DNA of 64,000 nucleotides. Source: Camelus ferus. Lineage: Eukaryota. The DNA lies in NCBI RefSeq assembly GCF_009834535.1, contig NC_045697.1, positions 84,570,001 through 84,634,000 of the forward strand, written 5' to 3'. Position numbers and translations under genes: made by a program. Below, piece by piece: positions 1-13,519 of this stretch. The notes beneath the pieces are model-generated. The model searched no databases and was not told where the DNA came from. It worked only from the letters and a program-made list of their open reading frames with translations. Positions within the stretch are counted from its first letter, which is position 1. Every line of letters starts with the position of its first letter.

Positions 1-1339
1 ATGCAGGTTTTTATTGATGTTATACAAATCAAGCTGAATCTTAGTAAAACTGCCCATTTTTCTCAGTCCTTCATGGACTAGCCCATACCAAAGATCCTTG
101 CAGGTCAAATCATTTTGATAGTCACTCTGGCTCTACTGTCCATCATGGGCATCTTGCCCATTTTGCTTTTCCTGGTTAAGTAATGCTCTGTCTGCTCATT
201 GAAATCAGGGAGGCCATTGAAATAGAAGCATCTTTCAATCTAGAAGGACAGCAACTCTGGAGCTATAGTGCTTTTCAGAGAAGGTGGTTTTCAATCTTCC
301 TTGACTGACTAAAGCAATGTATTTCTCAGTGCTTTGGTGTGGGCAATATACTCTGAGCCCTCTCAGGGGATCTAGTTAGGAGATCGTTATACCTGATTAA
401 TCTGTTCCAACACTTCTGTTCTTTTATCTTGGGATTGCTTCCTGAACAATTTTCCAAGGAATTTTTTGGCATATCAAGTTCATTTAATTAAAGTGTAGCC
501 ATGTCTATAAATTCATCCTGGTCTATAATTTTGTTCCTTTCTCCATGGTCTAATACTCTTAGAATCTATGTTCATGATATTCTCCAGATTAACCACAGTG
601 TAAAATTAAAAACAAAACATTTTATTTTGGGGTATAAGTTGTTCACTTTCTGAATTAGACTTTGTACCATCCTCACCATGAAATGTTTGGATTTGATTCT
701 AGTTAACAATCTTGAGGCAATGAAAGATGGAAGGAATGGAACATAAGAAAACTTGTCATTAATTTCAAAAGTATCCTATTCAGATGAGGCCAGTAGAGGA
801 TCTTAGGTCTGGCAGGTCTCTGCTCATCAGACAGGGAAGGAGGAACTGCTTCTGCTGACCAGGGTGGCCCCCAGGAACTTAGGGATCTGGGGAACTCAGA
901 GCTATCTGAGTCTACCCAAATGCCTACATTCAAATTAATCAGGCTACCACTGTGTCCCAAACAATGTCCTGAATCTTCCAGAAACACTTGATGAGGTTGA
1001 GAATTGACGTATATTCACCATACCTTGAGCTGGAACTTAAAATCCTGCACTGGTTATTTCCTTTTTATTAGCCTCAATAATGTAGTTAGAAGACATTATT
1101 AACAACCCCGTGAACTTCACATTCTTTATTTTTACCATAATATTTTATGGTAGCAGCTACTTGGTCTGTCAAAACATTGACTCCCAAATGCACTTCATTC
1201 CAGGTGATTACAGGTGATAAACTAAGTAACTGTTTTACCAATGGATACTGTGAATTTCCCTAAGTCCCACCATTCAGTTCTTGTAGGAGACTTTCTCTGT
1301 TGAAGCCTATTTAGATCAGATAGCAAATTCCAGATTTTC

Positions 1340-1699
1340 ATTTCTTTGGTACTCTGTTGTGGAGATACACAGTTGCAGAGGGCAGAATGTAGCTTGCTTA
1401 TTAATACAGGAACTTACTATAATGTATTATATGGGCTACAGAAATTTTAGAAGGGTTGAAGAAGCAAGTTTCAGGCTGAGCTTCCAGAAATGGTTCCCAG
1501 AGCTACAGAACAGAAGTGGTCACCAGTGCAGTTGGTATTCCTGCTGAAATGAGGATGCTGGGAAGCTATCACTGTGGTTGCTAGCTGGAGAACCTTGCTG
1601 CAGCTGGTATGACCCACACCAGTGGAAGATACGCTTCATTTTGTGATTCTCTTGTCACCTCCTCAGTTCTGAATTTGAATCGTGTGTGCTCTCTCTCTG

Positions 1700-1731
<32 letters not shown>

Positions 1732-1880
1732 ACACACACACACACACGGAACCTAAATCATATTAGAACTTCATCTGCAAATTCATCTGGGAGATGTAGT
1801 TTTCATAGTTTTCATCTTTCCAGTATTTATAGTATACTAGGAGAATATCCCAATACAGGTTGAGAGAGAGGGTTAGTCTA
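1340..1880 (-). mobile_element. Old MaLR-type LTR remnant (MLT1M/N-like), interrupted by a microsatellite
   Basis: Motifs 'ttcaggctgagcttccagaaatggttcccaga' and 'ggaacctaaatcatattagaac...ctgggagatgtagtttt' resemble late MLT1 LTRs as recalled; subfamily uncertain. Confidence 0.5.
1682..1747. repeat. Compound microsatellite (TG)/(CT)/(GTCTCT)n/(CA)n
   Basis: Directly visible; explains the SVSVSV/THTHT run in ORF 1609..1863. Confidence 0.95.
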
Positions 1881-3154
1881 CTATGTTCTTCAGTGAATTT
1901 TTAATTGCTACATATTTTAATTTTTATTTCCCCCCTTATTTTTTGTATCTATGTTTAGGTACTGTTCTGGTTTCTTTTGGCTATTACTTGGTTTGAATAT
2001 ATGAGCTATTTACTAAAATAGTGTGGAGAGAAACAGGGATCTAGGGCAGCTGCCAGTATCATTTTGTGAGCATTGTCTCAAAACATTTGTCACATACTCA
2101 CTGTGTCTTCTTTTGGGGCACATTCTCCTTCACTTGGACAGATAGACAGTGAAGTGCTATATATCAGTGGCTTTTCAAATTGTGGATTTGTCTTTCCGTA
2201 GTTCTCTTATTAACTGACTCTGGTATCTACCACAAATATGACTATACTTTTTGCCTCATCCCCATTTCAACTGCTGAGTTAGGAGGCTATGTCTCAGGAA
2301 GTAAAAGCGGCAATTATAAACAGTTTCTCCTTTGGTCCTTTTTATTCTCCAATCCTGTGTGGGCACCTATAAAACTCACTGATGCAAGTAAACAGTAGTT
2401 GCTGAGGCTTCTTGGGCTCTGTCACTTAATTTTGTAGAACTCCATTCTCTGCAAGAACTCTGGAGAGGTATAAATTAGCTTGAGGCATCGTCTCTGGATT
2501 TGGTAGGTAGCCTTCACAATTTATGGTTTGGGATTATGACTATTCCTAGTTTTATTAGAGTTTCTTTTCTACCTTTTGTTCTTTGTTATTTTGTAGGCTC
2601 AGCTAGTGTAGTGTAATAAACACAGCTTTATCATGATATATTTTGCTAGAAATATGGAAATAGGAAAGAAAGTGAAAGGAATATTTTAGATTTTTCTCTC
2701 TCTCAGAATAGTTAAAAGAAATGTCAAGTCCCTTTTTACACGTGAGGCTTTTAGTCTCTTTTGCACATCAGTGAAGCTTCATAGCAACAATATGAAGAGA
2801 ATGAATTTAATAAATTTAAATGGAGGATGAAAATGACAAATTAAATCTCCACATTGTTTATTAAACGTAATAAATATAGCTTTTCCCCTGTACAGTTCTT
2901 CTGAAGAAACTTCTTATCTGGGAACCCATTGAAAATTATGAAATTTTGCCTCTTCCTTAACCAATCTTTCCTTCAAAGAACGCTTGGATGCTTAATAGGC
3001 TCAGAAGTATATTAAGAATAAATGGCTTCCCTAGAGCTGTGGAGGGGAAATGAAAGTACGGGTATTAGGGCCAGAGTAAAACTAGTAATATTTAGGTCAT
3101 AAATGGAAATGTCACTGTGTTCTGGCATGGTTTGCTTTGCATATTTACAATGTT

Positions 3155-3660
3155 AGTTATTTATACCCTGCTTTGTTTTCAAAAGGATTTCAGGCAACTT
3201 ACAAAAATACACAAAATAAAAACAAATAAGTGGGGAAATTGAGGTAAAGGTAAAATATTATGGAAAAATATGATGAAGCAAAGGGTAAAAGAATTTAACA
3301 AATGCTTGCTGTAGGATTCTCTCTGCTTGCTTAAAGTGAGCTGGCTATTTGGCTCAGATTTCTAGCAGCCAATGTGAAGAGGAAAATGTAATTAGCTATA
3401 AGATTAACAAACTCATTAAGATATAAATAAAGTCACTGCTCAGGAGACTTGTATAATATTTCTGGTACTAAAAAACCTGAGTAAAATGTAATGATTTGTT
3501 TTCTTAAGAAAATTTATAAGATAGATAAAACAGCAAATTTCCCAGAGAAAATTTTTTGTAACTTTATTTGATAAAATTCAGCAGCCTAACACCTAAAAGT
3601 AATTCATGTAAAATTTACTCCATTGGGGATTGGAATGGAACAATAGTTAAGGTGCAGGCT
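3155..3660 (-). mobile_element. Ancient LINE 3' end remnant (possibly L4/RTE-X-like)
   Basis: 'tttataccctgctttgttttcaaaaggatttcaggcaacttaca' and 'ttggctcagatttctagcagccaatgtgaagagg' resemble an ancient mammalian LINE tail; family from memory. Confidence 0.35.
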
Positions 3661-4599
3661 CCTGCTGGTTTGTAGAATTTGAGTATTCAGAGAAGTGCAT
3701 TCACTGCAAAAATTATATTTCCTTCAATTTTAATCATTGTTTAAATTTAAATATACAGATGTATATTTATGTAAATTCAAGTAATATGAATAAATGAATT
3801 AAAAAAAAAGCCCACTTCTGCTTTCCAAGAGTACTCATTGTTAAACATTTGGATTTTTCAAAAGTTTATAAACAAATGTATCACTGTACTTGCGTGTTCT
3901 CACATGAACACACTTACACACACATGAGTAGAGTTACATTCTGATGTCTACCACTCATAAATCGAGGGTCATCATTTTTAAGTCATATGCTTTGGTGAAG
4001 GATCCAGCTGCTGGTGCATGTGGATTAATGGAATAATTTCGTTTGGAGAAAGTGCTCATCATGCTGCCAGAAACAGAAGCCAAGAGCAGATGTTTCCTAA
4101 AGGACATCTGCCAGTACATTTACTCAGGGATGTGCAGTGGAGCAGTCATGCAGGCAAGCTTTGAGTCTCTGCCCCGTATCACCCATTCCCTCTAGTCAGG
4201 CAGCAGACATAATACACCTGCTTCCAGGCCAGAGAAGTGTGAGTGAAAACTCAAGTAGGAAAGAAAAGCTGTTGTCCTTGGTTGCTGCAAATGCACTGGT
4301 GACATAGAGACAGCCAGGTCCAAAAGACCACGGGCCACATGAAAGAGAGGTTACAAACTCAATGAAAGGAAATGGACTTAATAGAAATATCAGTTTAGGG
4401 AATTAAATATCACATATGTCCTGAGAGTTATAAACAAAGCTATCACAACCAAGGAAAATGATTAGGGATTTATGAAATAAGAGTAGATAGTAATAATAAT
4501 GTTATATGTCAGTTATATCTAATAATGACAAAAAGTAGTAAATGTGACTATGAGGAATATGGTATAATTGTTAACACTAAAATCTCACTTTAGTTCCAG

Positions 4600-5100
4600 A
4601 AGGACACAAAAACAAGTAAAGAAGAAATTAATGCCCTGGAAATGTGAGAAATGACGTAAAATGGTATACAGCAAAAAGAGTTAAAAAAGCAAAAATATAT
4701 AAGTTGAGACATAGATGATAGCATTAAATATTCAGCATGCATCAAAATGAGTGCCAGGTAGAGAAGACAGAGAGAGTAGAAATGATATTTAAGGAAGGAA
4801 AAGATAGAGAATTTCCAGACAGGAAGACATAACTATATCTCAGATAAAGAAAACCCCCAAATCCTGAGCAGAATGTATTTAAATCACACACACACACACT
4901 CTTAGCAACATGGTGGAGAGATTTTAGAATATGAAAGATGAAGAGAAAAGTCCTAAAACTTTCTATAAAGAAAACAAATTATTTACAAAAGAATGAGAGT
5001 CTGATATGAATCTTCTTAGCAGCAATATCAGGTTGTAGAGGTTGATAAAATCAAAGATTAAGAATGGAGACTGGAAAAAAAGTTGAAGGTAAAAATAAAT
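4600..5100 (+). mobile_element. Decayed L1ME/HAL1 ORF1 region
   Basis: A-rich strand with ORF1-like motifs 'gagaatttccag', 'gatgaagagaaaagtcctaaaactttc', 'ttcttagcagcaata'. Confidence 0.6.
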
Positions 5101-6664
5101 AGATATCAAATTCTACGGGTAAAATATTTTCAATGAAAGTGAGTAAGAAAATTAAGGTTAAACAGGTAAACTAACAGTTTAGTAGCAGGTTACTAAGGTA
5201 ATAATAATAATATAACCCACAAGGAAAAATTATACAAAAATATCAGCTGAACAATCTTGAGTTATGGGAACCAAAACTGAATTATTTTCCGGGATAGAAA
5301 AAATCTTCAGCCAAGAAAGGAAAGGGGAAGAGGAAAGAGAAGACAGGCAGATAGGTAACTGTAGGTAGGCAACTCATGTCTTAATGAAATCTTGAGGTGG
5401 CTCTCCTATTATCTCTTCATGGGGAGAAAACTAGATGGCCCACTCTAATATGATGGCCTTAAACTCTGGCCTTTTACTTTAAACCTACAGGAAATATGCC
5501 TGTATTTAAAATCTCAGTGGTAGTGTTTTTTTAATTTCGGACAGGTGGTAACTGGGTGTGGTGTTCTTGGGTGACCCATGCACCTGTTAACATCATCTGT
5601 AAACACTTTCCAAACAACATGAGTATTGGCATATTACAAGAAGTTGAAGAAAATCACAAGTACCCATAGAATTTTGTCCATAATTCAGGACTAAAGGTGC
5701 CACTTCCTCATTGAGTGTAACTGTTTTAGTTGGAGTTGTCTCTAAAGCAAACACTAGGGCAACCTGCTTTGAATTTCTCATTTTAAAAATGGTTTATCTT
5801 TTTTTTTTTCATGTATAAGAAAAAGAAGATAAAGGAAACAAAGAGGGGAAAGGGAGCATTGGGAAATACCTTATTAAGGCTTTGGTCAAACCTGTACATC
5901 TCTATAGATAGTAAATTCCATTTTTTCATCATTGATGTTTGTATTTGGAGACAACATTCTTGAAGGGATCATTGCAGTAGTAAGCAACTGTTACTGCAAA
6001 ATTCAGTAAGCAACTGAAACCCCTTTCTGTGCTTGCCTCTCTGAGACTGCTTCTTTTGTCTTAAGAACTGCACAAAATACCACATGAGGTAATACTACAC
6101 AAAAACCACTCCTTCTGAACTTGAATGCCATAAAACTAGATGGATAAACTGTTTTAGTGAAATTTGTCATAAGCTGGGCAAAGCTAATTAAATTACATCT
6201 CTAGTTCAAAAATGACACTTGATCATACATGTGTTTGGAGCTCCCACCTGGGTATGCTCATGTTTTATGGTCTTTTGTACTTTCAGCAGCAAATGTTATA
6301 TCTCCTTTCCCATAGCTTTCCCCTCCTGTTATTGGAGTGGGAAATAAAATGTGCTTTCTAAACTTTACTTAATGTCTTGGGCCCAAGGCTTTAAGTAAAG
6401 TTAGACCATGACTAGGCAACCAGCAATGGGAAACAATGACAAATGAATGGCAAATTCTTGCAAATCAAGTCTTTCCATAAGGTCAGCTATGAACATACGT
6501 TGATTGCACTGCAGCTAATAGTAATACAGAAGAAATAAACAAAGACTTGTAACCTTATTGCTCTTTATTCCTCTTTTGCTACTACACCTGGGAGATGGGC
6601 GGCTGTCAATATTAACTTTATTTAGTAGGTGGAAACATGAAAACTAATGTCAGCATAAATTGTA

Positions 6665-6760
6665 CTTAACTGTGAGCTCCTTAAGGACAGGGATCGTATC
6701 CTCTTGGTACTTTAAATCCCCAGAGAACAATACCTAGCTTATGTTAGTTGCCCAAGAACA
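6665..6760 (+). mobile_element. L2 3' end fragment
   Basis: 'actgtgagctccttaaggacagggatcgtatc' is the typical L2 terminal motif. Confidence 0.7.
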
Positions 6761-7179
6761 ACATACTGCCACTTCACATATATTTGTAGCACACCCACAA
6801 ACAGTTCTGCCAGCCCCTATCATGGAAAAGCTTAAAATAGTGCCATGAACACAGAACTCTGGACCCTCCACAAAACATGTAACTCTGCTGGGATTGTCTC
6901 TTCTCTGGTTGTTCCAAGTTGATCTTTTATAGAGGGTACATAAGCACTCACTTTATCACTGGGGGTGTTGAAACATCTTGATTTTCAAGTGGTGCAAGAA
7001 ACCAGAAAGATTTGTATGAAAACAGTAATATGTAACTATTAAGTATCCAATTGGGACATTTTATTTTTATTATTTTATCTTTAACATTTTTTATTTTGGG
7101 AGTTAATGAACAGAACAGTGTTTTTCAATGCAATTAATGGTCCATGAGAGGCAATGTAATGAGTGAAAAAAGCTGGGAG

Positions 7180-7545
7180 TCATCTAATCAACTATTATTG
7201 ACTGAATTGTCTATTATATGTAAAATCATGGCTATCCGAAGTGAGTAAGAGAGATATGGTCCCTATTCTCATTGAGTTGACATTTTAGAGGAGGTGATAG
7301 GCAAAAAACTAACCAACTAAACAGACAACCAAGTAAATATGCTTCTTAGGAAAGAAAGAAGGTGCTGAGGTAGGATAAGATGGTGGAATATAGGGTACAG
7401 AGGGAACTGGCTTGGGAAAGGGCGCTGATTAGGTAACATAGGCCGAGGTCAGAAGGAGAGCCCAGACCCAGACCTGCGAGTGGAATATACCAGACCGATA
7501 ACCACAGAAGCAAAAGCTTTGAGGGGGTAAAGAATTTGCGTGTTA
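7180..7545 (-). mobile_element. L2 3' region
   Basis: 'gatatggtccctattctcattgagttgacattttagagg' and 'gcaaaagctttgagg' match antisense L2. Confidence 0.7.
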
Positions 7546-7547
7546 AA

Positions 7548-7730
7548 TGTAGGTTTGAATATAAACACGTTCCTCTATGAGCTTACTTGGGCAAATTCTT
7601 TCACTGAGGACTCTTAGTTTCCCATTTGTTAAATCAAAGTCATAATGCCTATGCTGAATATCAGTGTGAAAGTTAAAGCTCTCTGTGGCAAAGTGCCCAA
7701 GACATTGTAGACCTTAAGAAAATGCTTCTT
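7548..7730 (+). mobile_element. MIR SINE
   Basis: Core 'acttgggcaaattctt...cttagtttcccatttgttaaat...taatgccta'. Confidence 0.7.
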
Positions 7731-10254
7731 CCCTTTTCTGCCAACATTTTGCAGCTTTAGATGAATTACTTAACAGAAGTCACAGCCATAATAGTAACAA
7801 CAAAATGCTAACACTTCCCAAGGATAAATGTCATTTTGTTCCAAGTAGCACTTAGAGTTAAAAATCTCCTGGAAGCTTTAAACAGGATTCAGCTGTACCC
7901 TAACAACTGTGACGGTCACAGATTACCATACCTACTTCTTAATCCAAGTGTATTTAAGTGACTGCAAAAAAAAAATCAAGATTGAAATATAACAGATTGA
8001 AGCCCTTGGTGAGTTTTCAGTAATAGATTAGTGTGTATTTAATCGCCTTTTCAGCATAAATTAATTTAATCTCTTTTACATTAAACAGACTCTTAAGCAG
8101 GACTTCTCAATGCTGCTGTATCACCACCAGGATTATTTTACTATCTATAGACATTTTCTATTTCAAAAAGTCCTGCAAAAGCATATGTCTGTTTAGATGA
8201 CCTTTCATAACTAATTCCAGTTGAGTTGGGTTTTGTCAGCCAATTGTAATGCTTATTTTCTTAACAGACAAATAACCTTCCCTTTCTTGAAGAACCCTTG
8301 ATGTATTAAATGATTAGAGCAATTTAAGTCCTTAGCAAACTCTGTTCACTAAAGTGTTCCTCTGAGACCAAACCACAGCCATAAATGAGCTACAGTAAAG
8401 TAATCCCTGGGATTAGTATCTGTATAACCTCTGTGTTCTGATGAACACAGTGGCTGTACATAAACCATTTGTGGAACGCCACACACACATACACGCAGCA
8501 CACACACTCCTCTAAGGTGGAGTAAACCAGAACCTGTATGGTGGCTGCATGATTGCATAAAGACCTGAGGTTGGAAGCCAGGTCTGAATTCACAGTGGCC
8601 TAGGTCCCTTTGGGTTTTACCCTAGATTTCTGAGACGTGGGGAAAGCTATGCTTTTTCGCAGATATGGTCCACCTGCCCTGAATGTGAATAGCAGGTGAC
8701 TTCATTTGCTCTGCTGCCACTGAGACCTCCAACTAGCAAGGCTGAGGTTGCTAGGAAGAGCTAACAGGGGAAGATGTTTCTACTCCTTACAGGTTTTCAG
8801 AGAGGTGGAAGGAGCCATTTGGAACTTATGGTGATGCTGCTGAAGAAAAAAGAGAAAAACAAGTTTGCCTGAGTTAGGAGGGTGGTGGGTGGCAGAAACT
8901 CAACAGAAAACAAAAGTTTGACATAAATGAAGTGGAGGAAAGTGAAATTACTCATTGTAGACAAAGCCAGTATGAGTCATTTGGGTTAAAAACTTAAAAA
9001 AAAAAAGAATTCATCTTTTAAGACAATGGGAAAGGATATATATATATATTTTTTTTAATCTAAATCATTCCCAGGAATGTACATGTTATTTCTGAAAATA
9101 AGAGACAGTGAAAGGAGATTTCTATGGGTTGAATAAAAGATGATTTCTTCTACTGGATATCTCTGAAGAATCATGAGTGAAATGACTCTTACCGTTGTCT
9201 TTGTTCAGCCAAATTCATGTCCCCATTTTCTCTTTACTAGCAGCCTAGAATGCCTTCCATTTTTCCATTTATTTAAATCCCACAGTTTCCTGTTAAAATC
9301 ATATATTCTCTGTTAAGTTTGTCTTTCTGACCCTTTTCTCAGTCAGCTCTCCCTTCTCTGATTTTCCTAAGCTACACTTTTATTAAGCAGCTGGAAATCC
9401 TAGCTGAACCCAGAACGGGAAATATAGGGAGGCTGTTTGTGGGATTGGTAGACTGATGATCCCTGTAGGGTCTACATGCAGGAATTGTTAGTCATTTTGG
9501 GTGGAAGTAGGAGGCAAGTGTTTTTGTCAAAGTTAGGTGGCGAAGATATGATGCCATTATAGGGGATGAGATTGAATTTTTCCTCTCCTAACCTTTAGGG
9601 TAGATTTTGAGCTCCAGGGGAGAGAGAGGTGTGAAGGCTGGCGAAATTGTAGTTATGAAAGACTTGATGAAACGGATACAAGCAGTGCTGCTTTAGGGCC
9701 CATGAGAGCACTAGCATAGATTTGGTTAGAGGGCCGTCTCTAACCCTGTCTCTACCTTCTCCCCCAGCCACAAAGCCCAGTGTTGCATTATCACCTTAAG
9801 ATTCCAGAGGCCACTGATGCGGGACTGTTGAACATACCAGATTGTGTTCCCACAGATGATACCAGGAGCAGAAGCAATGGAGGGTATCTAGATTAAGAAG
9901 TCAGAAGAGAGGGACACAAACAAAGTGGACACAAGAAAATGCAAGATCCCAAACAAGACTCTCAGAAATACATAGGGAAGATTCTGAGATGGAGAAGGGG
10001 ACTGGGGAGAGGCTTAATTTCTGCATGAGCAAATGTAGGTCAGGAATCCTAACAATTTGGCATAAATGTCAATATGATTTTACTTCTGCTCCTAGCCTCA
10101 CATAATCCCTTCCAGCTATTTTATTTACAGTCATCCTAGGTGATACATTTTTTTAAAAACCACTGGATATAACCAAAAGTTGCCAGTGTGCATTTCTTTA
10201 AAAACATTGTAATTACACCCAGGGTTTCACCAGAGGTTTATCCAAATTAATTAG

Positions 10255-10729
10255 TGTATTTGTTTGCTAGGGTTGCCTTAAAGAATACCACAAATTGGGT
10301 GACTTAACAACAGAAATTTATTGTCTTATAGTTCTGGAGGCTAAAAGACCAAGATCAAGGTGTTGGCAGAGTTGGTTCCTCCTAAGTGCTGTAAGGGAGA
10401 ATCTGTTCCATGTGTCTCTCTAGCTTCTGGTGGTTTGCTGGCAGTCCTTGACATTCCTTGGTTTGTAGATCTCTGCCCTCATCTTCACATGGTATTCTTC
10501 CTGTGTATGTGTCTCTGTCCAAATTTCTCCTTTTTATAAGTATACCAGTCATATTGGAGTAGGAACTCACTCTACTATATTGGGGTATATAGTCCCTACT
10601 CCAGTATGACCTCGTTGTAATTAATTATGTATACAGTGACACTGTTTTCAGATAAGGCCACATTCTGAGGGACTGGCAATTAGGACTTCAGCATAAGAAC
10701 TTTGAGGGGACACAATTCAATCCATAATA
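10255..10729 (-). mobile_element. MaLR solo LTR, MLT1C-like
   Basis: Both ends present: 'tgtatttgtttgctagggttgcc...aacaacagaaatttattgtcttatagttctggaggct' to 'ggggacacaattcaatccataata'. Confidence 0.9.
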
Positions 10730-11089
10730 GTTGGACTTAAGACTTATAGATGAATTAGAATTCTTGGTCTGAGAATCTGGTGCTACTGAGGAGGGTAGTG
10801 GAGGGCTGTCTTTGAAGACGAAGTACTCTAGGGTTATTAAATTAATGGTTACTCTCTCTTCTGCTCTAGGTATTTTTTTAGATAGTGGTGAGGAGATAGA
10901 GTGATCATGAAGTAAACAGATAATCCCCAGTTATAGCCATCATATATTGTAAAAACCCAAATGAGAACACCTGGTATATAAAACACAAGCTGATAATTGA
11001 TAAAATATACAAAACTGGAGCCAACCTGGGCCTTATGACTATCAAATTTGAGGTAGGCTCTTCATAGGAAAGGATTGGTTGTGATCCAT

Positions 11090-11677
11090 GGTATGGTAGG
11101 TGATCAGCACCCCAAAATGTCCACACTCTAATCCTTTGAATTTGTGAATATGTTAGATTTCGTGGCAAAGGGATTTTCCTGATGTATTTAGGATTAGGAA
11201 CCTTAAAATAGGAGGGTTATCCTGGATTATCCAGGTGGCCCAGCAGAGAACTTTCTCTGGCTGGAGGTAGTAGAGATGAACCAGAGGGTAAAGTCAGAGA
11301 AATTCAGATAATGAGAAGTATTTAACCCACTATAGCTGACTTTGAAGATGAAGGGAACCAAGGAATGTAGGTGGCCTCTGAACACTGAGAGTGACCACTA
11401 GCTGACAGACAGCAAGGGCATGGGACCTCAGTCCTAAAACCACAAGGAACTGGATTCTGCTAATAATCTGAATGAACTTAAAAGGGAATTTTTCCTGGAG
11501 CAGTCTACAAACCAGCTAGTCAACATTTTGATTTTGACCTTGTGAAACCAGAACAGAAAGCAGTAGAGCAAACCCAGATTTCTGACCTACAGAACTGTGA
11601 GATAATATATTTGTGTTTGTTTTTTAAGCTCCTCAGTTCATGGTAATTTGTTATAGCAGCAACAGAAAACTAATACA
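11090..11677 (+). mobile_element. MaLR solo LTR, MLT1E-like
   Basis: 'cctggattatccaggtggccc', 'ttctgacctacagaactgtgagataat', and the end 'ttgttatagcagcaacagaaaactaataca'. Confidence 0.88.
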
Positions 11678-11730
11678 CTAGATGTTAGCTGGGATTCTTT
11701 GTCTCTAAGGTCAAGATAAGATTGGCTTCA

Positions 11731-12822
11731 TTCAGCACGTCTTCTTTGGAGAAATATCTATTACATCTGGTCATCTGCCTATTTTGGATTGGATTTTGTT
11801 TTTTTGATGTTAAACTGTATGAGCTGTTTGTATACTTTGGAAATGAATCCCTTGCAGGCTCCATCATTTGCAAATATTTTTTCATTGAGTAGGTTGTCTT
11901 TCTTGTTTTGTTTGTGGCTTCCTTTGTGGTGCAAAAGCTCTTTAAGTTTAGTTAGGCCTCATTTGTTCATTTTGCTTTTATTTCCAGTAATCTAGGAGAT
12001 GGATCCCCCCAAAATATTGCTGTGATTTATGTCAAAGAGTATTCTGCCTAAGTTTTCCTCTAGGAGTTTCAAAGTATTTGGTCTTACATTAAGGTCTTAA
12101 TACATTTTTTAGTTTATTTTTGTATATGGTGTAGGAGATGTTCTAATTTCATTCTTCTGCATTTAGCTGTCCAGTTTTCCTAGCACGACTTATTGAACAG
12201 ACTCTCTTTTCTCCATTGTGTATTCTTACCTCCTTTGTAGTAAATTAATTGACCATAAGTGTATGGGTTTATTTTTGGGCTTTCTATCCTGTTCCATAGA
12301 TCTATATGTCTGCTTCTGTGCCAGTACTATACTATTTTGATTACTATCGCTTTGTAGTAATAGTCTGAAGTCAGAGAGTGTGATTCCTTCAGCTCTCTTC
12401 TTTCTCAAGATTGTTTTGACTATTTGGGGTCTTTTGTGTTTACTTAGTAAAGAAATGCAAATTAAAACTACAATGAAGTATCAACTCACATCAGTCAGTA
12501 TGCCCATCATTAAAAAGTCTACAAATAATAAATGCTGGAGAGGGTGTGGAGGAAAGAGAACCCTCCCACACTGTTGGTGGGAATGTAAATTGGTGCAGCC
12601 ACTATAGAGAATAATTTGAAGATTCCTTAAAAAACTAAAAATAGAGTTACCATATGCTCCAGCAATTCCACTCCTGGGTGTGTATCCAGAGAAAACTCTA
12701 ATTTGAAAAAGTACGTGCACTCCAATATTTATAGCAGCACTATTTACGATAGCCAAGACATGGAAGCAACCTAAATGTCCCTTGACAGATGACTGGATAT
12801 ATACATATATACCTGTATATGT

Positions 12823-12877
<55 letters not shown>

Positions 12878-13385
12878 GGAATACTACTCAGTATAGAAAA
12901 GAATGAAATAATGCCATTTGCAGCAATATGGATGGAACTAGAGGTGATCATATTAAGAAGTAAGTCAAAGACAAATATCGTATGGTATCACTTGTATGGG
13001 ATCTAAAAACATGATGCAAATGAACTTATTTGCAAAACAGAAAGTGACTCACAGACATTGAAAACAAACTTACGGTTACCAAAGGGGAAAGGCAGGAGGG
13101 GAAGGGATAAATTAGGAGTTTGGGATTAACGTATAGACGCTACTATATATAAAATACATAAACAGCAATGACCTACTACTGTATAGCACAGGGAAGTATA
13201 TTCAGTATCTTGTAATAACCTATAATGGAAAAGAATCTGAAAAGAATTATAATATGTACATATACATATATATATACACATATATATGTATACATGCATA
13301 TATATATATATCACCTAGCTGTACACCTGAAGCTAACACGACATTGTAAATCAACTATACTTCAATTAAAAAAAATTTTTTTAAA
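11731..13385 (+). mobile_element. Cetartiodactyl L1, 5'-truncated with 5' inversion (about 11737-12440 antisense, 12441-13385 sense)
   Basis: ORF2-like peptides on opposite strands (12226..12408 -, 12380..12607 +); L1 3'UTR and A tail; exact TSD AAGATTGGCTTCA at 11718-11730 and 13386-13398. Confidence 0.93.
12825..12874. repeat. (AC)25 microsatellite inside L1
   Basis: Perfect dinucleotide run read directly. Confidence 0.97.
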
Positions 13386-13519
13386 AAGATTGGCTTCAGT
13401 ATCCCAGTGCCCTCACCAAGATTCCTGCAAGACCTTAGGTCATGTAAGATAATGCATACTATCATGATCTTCTCTGGCTCTGACCTTCTGTTTCTGCTGG
13501 AGAGTCTTGTAAAATGCTT

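Noticed and set aside
12481..12951. Longest ORF (156 aa, minus strand)
   Set aside because: It is the antisense reading of the L1 ORF2 3' end plus the (AC)25 repeat (CVCVCV), a well-known spurious ORF type.
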